NCBI GenBank assembly: GCA_000320545.1
Contig: ADNK01001920.1
Location: 1 to 51,798, forward strand
DNA length: 51,798 nucleotides
Direction: 5' to 3'
DNA from: Bigelowiella natans CCMP2755
Lineage: Eukaryota > Protista > Cercozoa
Shown here piece after piece: positions 48,498 to 51,798 of this stretch; the first letter of the stretch is position 1, and every line of letters begins with the position of its first letter. The position numbers and the translations under genes were made by a program. The notes beneath the pieces were generated by a model. It saw nothing but the letters and a program-made list of their open reading frames with translations. It was not told where the DNA came from and did no database searches.

Positions 48498-49352
48498 TTA
48501 ACCCAAAGCTTTGGTGAGCTTCGTTGCAAAAACGCCAAAACTGTAATCATCCGATTTCTGGAAAAACCTTTCCCAGTTATCAAAAGGCTGAAGCCAAAGG
48601 TTGTTGTATATCTCTATTTTCCTAGATGGACCGTCTTCATCAGCAAATACAGAAGAATGCCCCCTCTTCTCATATCTGAGGGCTAAGAGGAAGATGACAT
48701 AGTGATACGCAGCGAAGGCAGCCAAGACGTGCCAAACCACGTGGAAATAAGGAATCACAGGGGAGAGTCCGCAAAGCTGGTGGTCCAGGCTCCAAAACGC
48801 TTTTGCTGTACCAAGCTCACCCACGATCATAAACAAAAGAATCTGCAGGTTCCTGCTTTTGGGTCTTGACAGGATAGTGATGGCCAGGGCAAGGAGTATG
48901 AGGACGGTGAAGGAGTGAAGGAAAATCTCATAGACTTTGAACTTTACATAGGCCACAACTACAGCTATTAGAAATGTAATAATTGCCGAATAAAAGTAGA
49001 CTCCTTTTGTTCCAGTAGTCACAGAGTGACACCCAGCAAGGGACACGAGATAGAGCAAGCCAAGCAGTAGCATCGGAAGCTCGTCCCAAAGCTCGCCCCA
49101 CCATCTCATCGTTCCGTGGAAAATTGTGGACCCGATTCCAATCAAAGCTAGGGTCGAAAAGAGCGCAGGGTAAATCCAACGCGTATTCAACTTCACGGTC
49201 TCAACAAATCCATAAAGGCCAAGAAACACGAATACGAGGCTGCTAATCGAATTCCAAAATTCTGCAATATATGGGCTTAATGTGTAGGACTCTTCGCAAA
49301 AGTCGACGGAAGAATCCTCCAGCCCCCAAAATCCTTTCGCAACAGCGTTCAT
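48498..49352 (-). CDS. Alkaline ceramidase (ACER3/YPC1-like, CREST superfamily), intronless
   Basis: GFWG...SSVDFCEESY...IAEFWNSISS, GIGSTIFHGT, DELPM and FHVVWHVL motifs, plus 7 hydrophobic segments. Confidence 0.92.
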   Translation of the reverse strand: MNAVAKGFWGLEDSSVDFCEESYTLSPYIAEFWNSISSLVFVFLGLYGFVETVKLNTRWIYPALFSTLALIGIGSTIFHGTMRWWGELWDELPMLLLGLLYLVSLAGCHSVTTGTKGVYFYSAIITFLIAVVVAYVKFKVYEIFLHSFTVLILLALAITILSRPKSRNLQILLFMIVGELGTAKAFWSLDHQLCGLSPVIPYFHVVWHVLAAFAAYHYVIFLLALRYEKRGHSSVFADEDGPSRKIEIYNNLWLQPFDNWERFFQKSDDYSFGVFATKLTKALG

Positions 49353-51128
49353 TAACCTTGTTGTAGTGTGCGAAGTTGGGCAGGTTGTGTTGTGTGTTAA
49401 GTTAGGAAGAGGGGTAAAGCGGAAATTTCGGCAATTAAGAGATGAGAATCAGCTTAATTAGAAAAGGCAATAGCTACTAAGCAACCAAATTATTCATTGC
49501 GACATGATTTTTTCCAACATTTAGGAAATTTTATGGTACATTTTAATGAATGTTGAAGAGAAATTTGTTCCCTCTTTAGGAGAAAACTACTCTATTGAGC
49601 CTCAGACTTATCATCCATCTCACTTTGAATAAATACTTGAGAAAAGAACTAATATATTATGTTAACGACATGGATAATCAGAGGATCTATAATATTTAGA
49701 ACGGCATTATTATGTCCCGATAAATACAGAAAATTACCTTCGTTCACTATGTTAAGAGTGTCAACGAAGTAGGGTACGAGCAAAGGCTTCCAACAACTTC
49801 TAAGGCAATTTACTGCTAATAAACGAACTATCCATGTCGTAGATAGAAAACCTTCAAAGGTTTGAAGAAATTCATACCCCACCTTCCTTTTCGAGTTAAA
49901 TGGAATAAGTTCTCGTCTGCCACGAGAAATTTCAGGCGGAATTTTTGGTTTACCTCATCCTCCTGGACTGGAAATGCGACTTCGAGGGATCTCTGTCTCC
50001 TCGTAAAACTGGGCAGACATTCCTGCAAAGTTCCAACAGCCACCCATTCTCATGCTTGAGCCTTAAAATCTAAAAAACGTTATACATTTTCGAAAAATGT
50101 TTACGAAATTTTGTTGTCTCACAAGAAGAATGCCTCACGGAGACTTTCGGACACATGCTAGTTACAGCGAAGAACCACAGAACATGTTCCGAAAAACGTG
50201 GAAAAGAGATGAAATCGCGACTAGCTTTTGAACCAGAAACATGTGAGCAGACTTGTAAAAAAAGCGCAACCGATATACAAGCAAGACTGCGACGTCCAGG
50301 TGAACTGCAGAGCCGCCCCCCCCCGCAGGGCTGTCGGCTAATTTTCCACTCGTTTTTCCTCGAACTATCATTAGCTGGGAGGTGCGGGGAACATGCATGA
50401 CATCGAAATGGCGACTGCTTTATGATGCGTTTATGGCTGAGGGTAGCTCAATGTTTATTCCGAGGTTCCGAGCAGGGCAGATCTCAGCCTATTTCCGGGC
50501 TGTGATTTCTTCCTGCTCCTGTTGTATCTCCATGTTGGGGAAGGGGGGAGGGGGCATATTAAATGCGTGTTTTGGGATATTTATTACGAGCCATCTTCCT
50601 TAATGGGTCTCTTTTTGGTTCAACAACAGAGCCCGAGAAAGGAGCTAAAATAGATATTTTGTTCTTCGTTTTTAGTTTTTTATTGGGCACACTGTAACAA
50701 CTGCCATACCTTCTCGCGCACAGGAATCAAGCATGACTATTTCTGGGACGGACAGTCACTATCTGCTGTGAAACATCGTTGCTTGTTGAGCACTGGAGAA
50801 CGAGAGAGTGCTTATTCCGGGAAGAAGTTGTGGTTTCTCTACAGCAACCTACATAGCAGAGAGCAAAAGCTTTCTCCTCTTTCCTCTCCTCCACTTCCTC
50901 GAGTCAATTCAGTAGCATGGTGGCACTCCTTCCAATGTACGAAGACCCACGCAAACCCTCTCCCGTCTGGGAGACAGACGAGCACATATCCCCACTCATC
51001 TAGATAACAGCAATTGCCTCTATCGCCTGCACGCGTAAAATGCATATTAGTGTTACGGTCATTTCGTCCACACCCCTTATCCCCCCCTTCTTAATTTATG
51101 TTCTTCTCTCTTCTATTACTCTCCCTAG

Positions 51129-51428
51129 ACTTGTGAGTGCCTTCGCTGTGTGCAGTCGGCCGCTGTCCCTTACTTCATCACAAGCGCGCTTACGGGGCCA
51201 GGCAACAGCGCCGAGACCCACGCCACGGCATTCTTTTGCTCACCGCTACAGCAATCTCCCCATCTCCTCTCCAGCGACGAAAGAAGTAGCAGCAGCCCGT
51301 ACGATCGATGATGGAGCTCTCATCAAAGACGGCAGTACTCGCAGGAGGGAGGTGTTCGCCAGGGCTCGAGAGGTGAATGCAGAGAGGCCTCGAAATGGGC
51401 CCATCCGAAGACTGTATCGCCGCTTACG
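51129..51428 (+). CDS. Probable exon encoding a transit-peptide-like region of an unidentified gene that continues past the window
   Basis: Open frame between a pyrimidine-tract AG and a CG|GTAG donor. Translation is Ser/Arg/Ala-rich (LVSAFAVCSRPLSLTSSQARLRG...). No domain recognised. Confidence 0.3.
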
Positions 51429-51798
51429 GTAGCAGCTGAGTTCAGAAACACATATTTTTACATCGTCTGTCAACGCATACAAACTCACTCTCTTGCTGTA
51501 TGGACGCGGGAGGGGCGGGTGGGGGGGGGGGGGGGGGGCCCATCGTTCCGTCCCCAATGTGCTAGTACTACTACGACTGGGAATCCAGAAAGTAGGTCGT
51601 ACATGGGATATTATTGCTGGAGAAGAGAGGGGGGCGTAGAGAAGGGGCAAGCAGAAGCAACAACACACAAACGCTCTTTATTCTTAGGGTGCGACAAAGT
51701 TTATAACACTCCACTTTGCTTATTTCCCATTCTCTCTCGGGGAAACATAAACGTCTTGTATTCTTAGGTGCGACACATATATATGTATAGTTCCCATC

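Noticed and set aside
49600-50700. Short ORFs between the ceramidase and the right edge
   Set aside because: No recognisable domain or consistent splice pattern.

Overview
Intron-rich, microsatellite-rich eukaryotic nuclear DNA. It is probably a protist or alga; bipartite-looking leader peptides and a beta-1,3-glucan synthase hint at a secondary-plastid lineage such as chlorarachniophytes, but that is inference. Manual splicing gives ten protein genes. In order: SRPK kinase (cut by the left edge), TSEN54, a MerB-like lyase, a secreted 2OG-Fe(II) oxygenase, a WD40 protein, a Tudor+S1 protein, a GT61 glycosyltransferase, a beta-1,3-glucan synthase with an N-terminal multi-TM (DUF4203/TMEM198-like) module, a class I SAM methyltransferase and an alkaline ceramidase. 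There is also one young Ty3/Gypsy LTR retrotransposon with identical 326-bp LTRs and a CACA target-site duplication. Top finding: the intronless MerB-like gene (6287..7171, minus) has in-frame TGA codons at exactly the two positions of the MerB catalytic cysteines and a eukaryotic-type SECIS candidate in its 3' UTR. This makes it a candidate two-selenocysteine organomercurial-lyase-like selenoprotein in a eukaryote, which the ORF track breaks into fragments. All family assignments come from motif recognition by eye; no searches were run.
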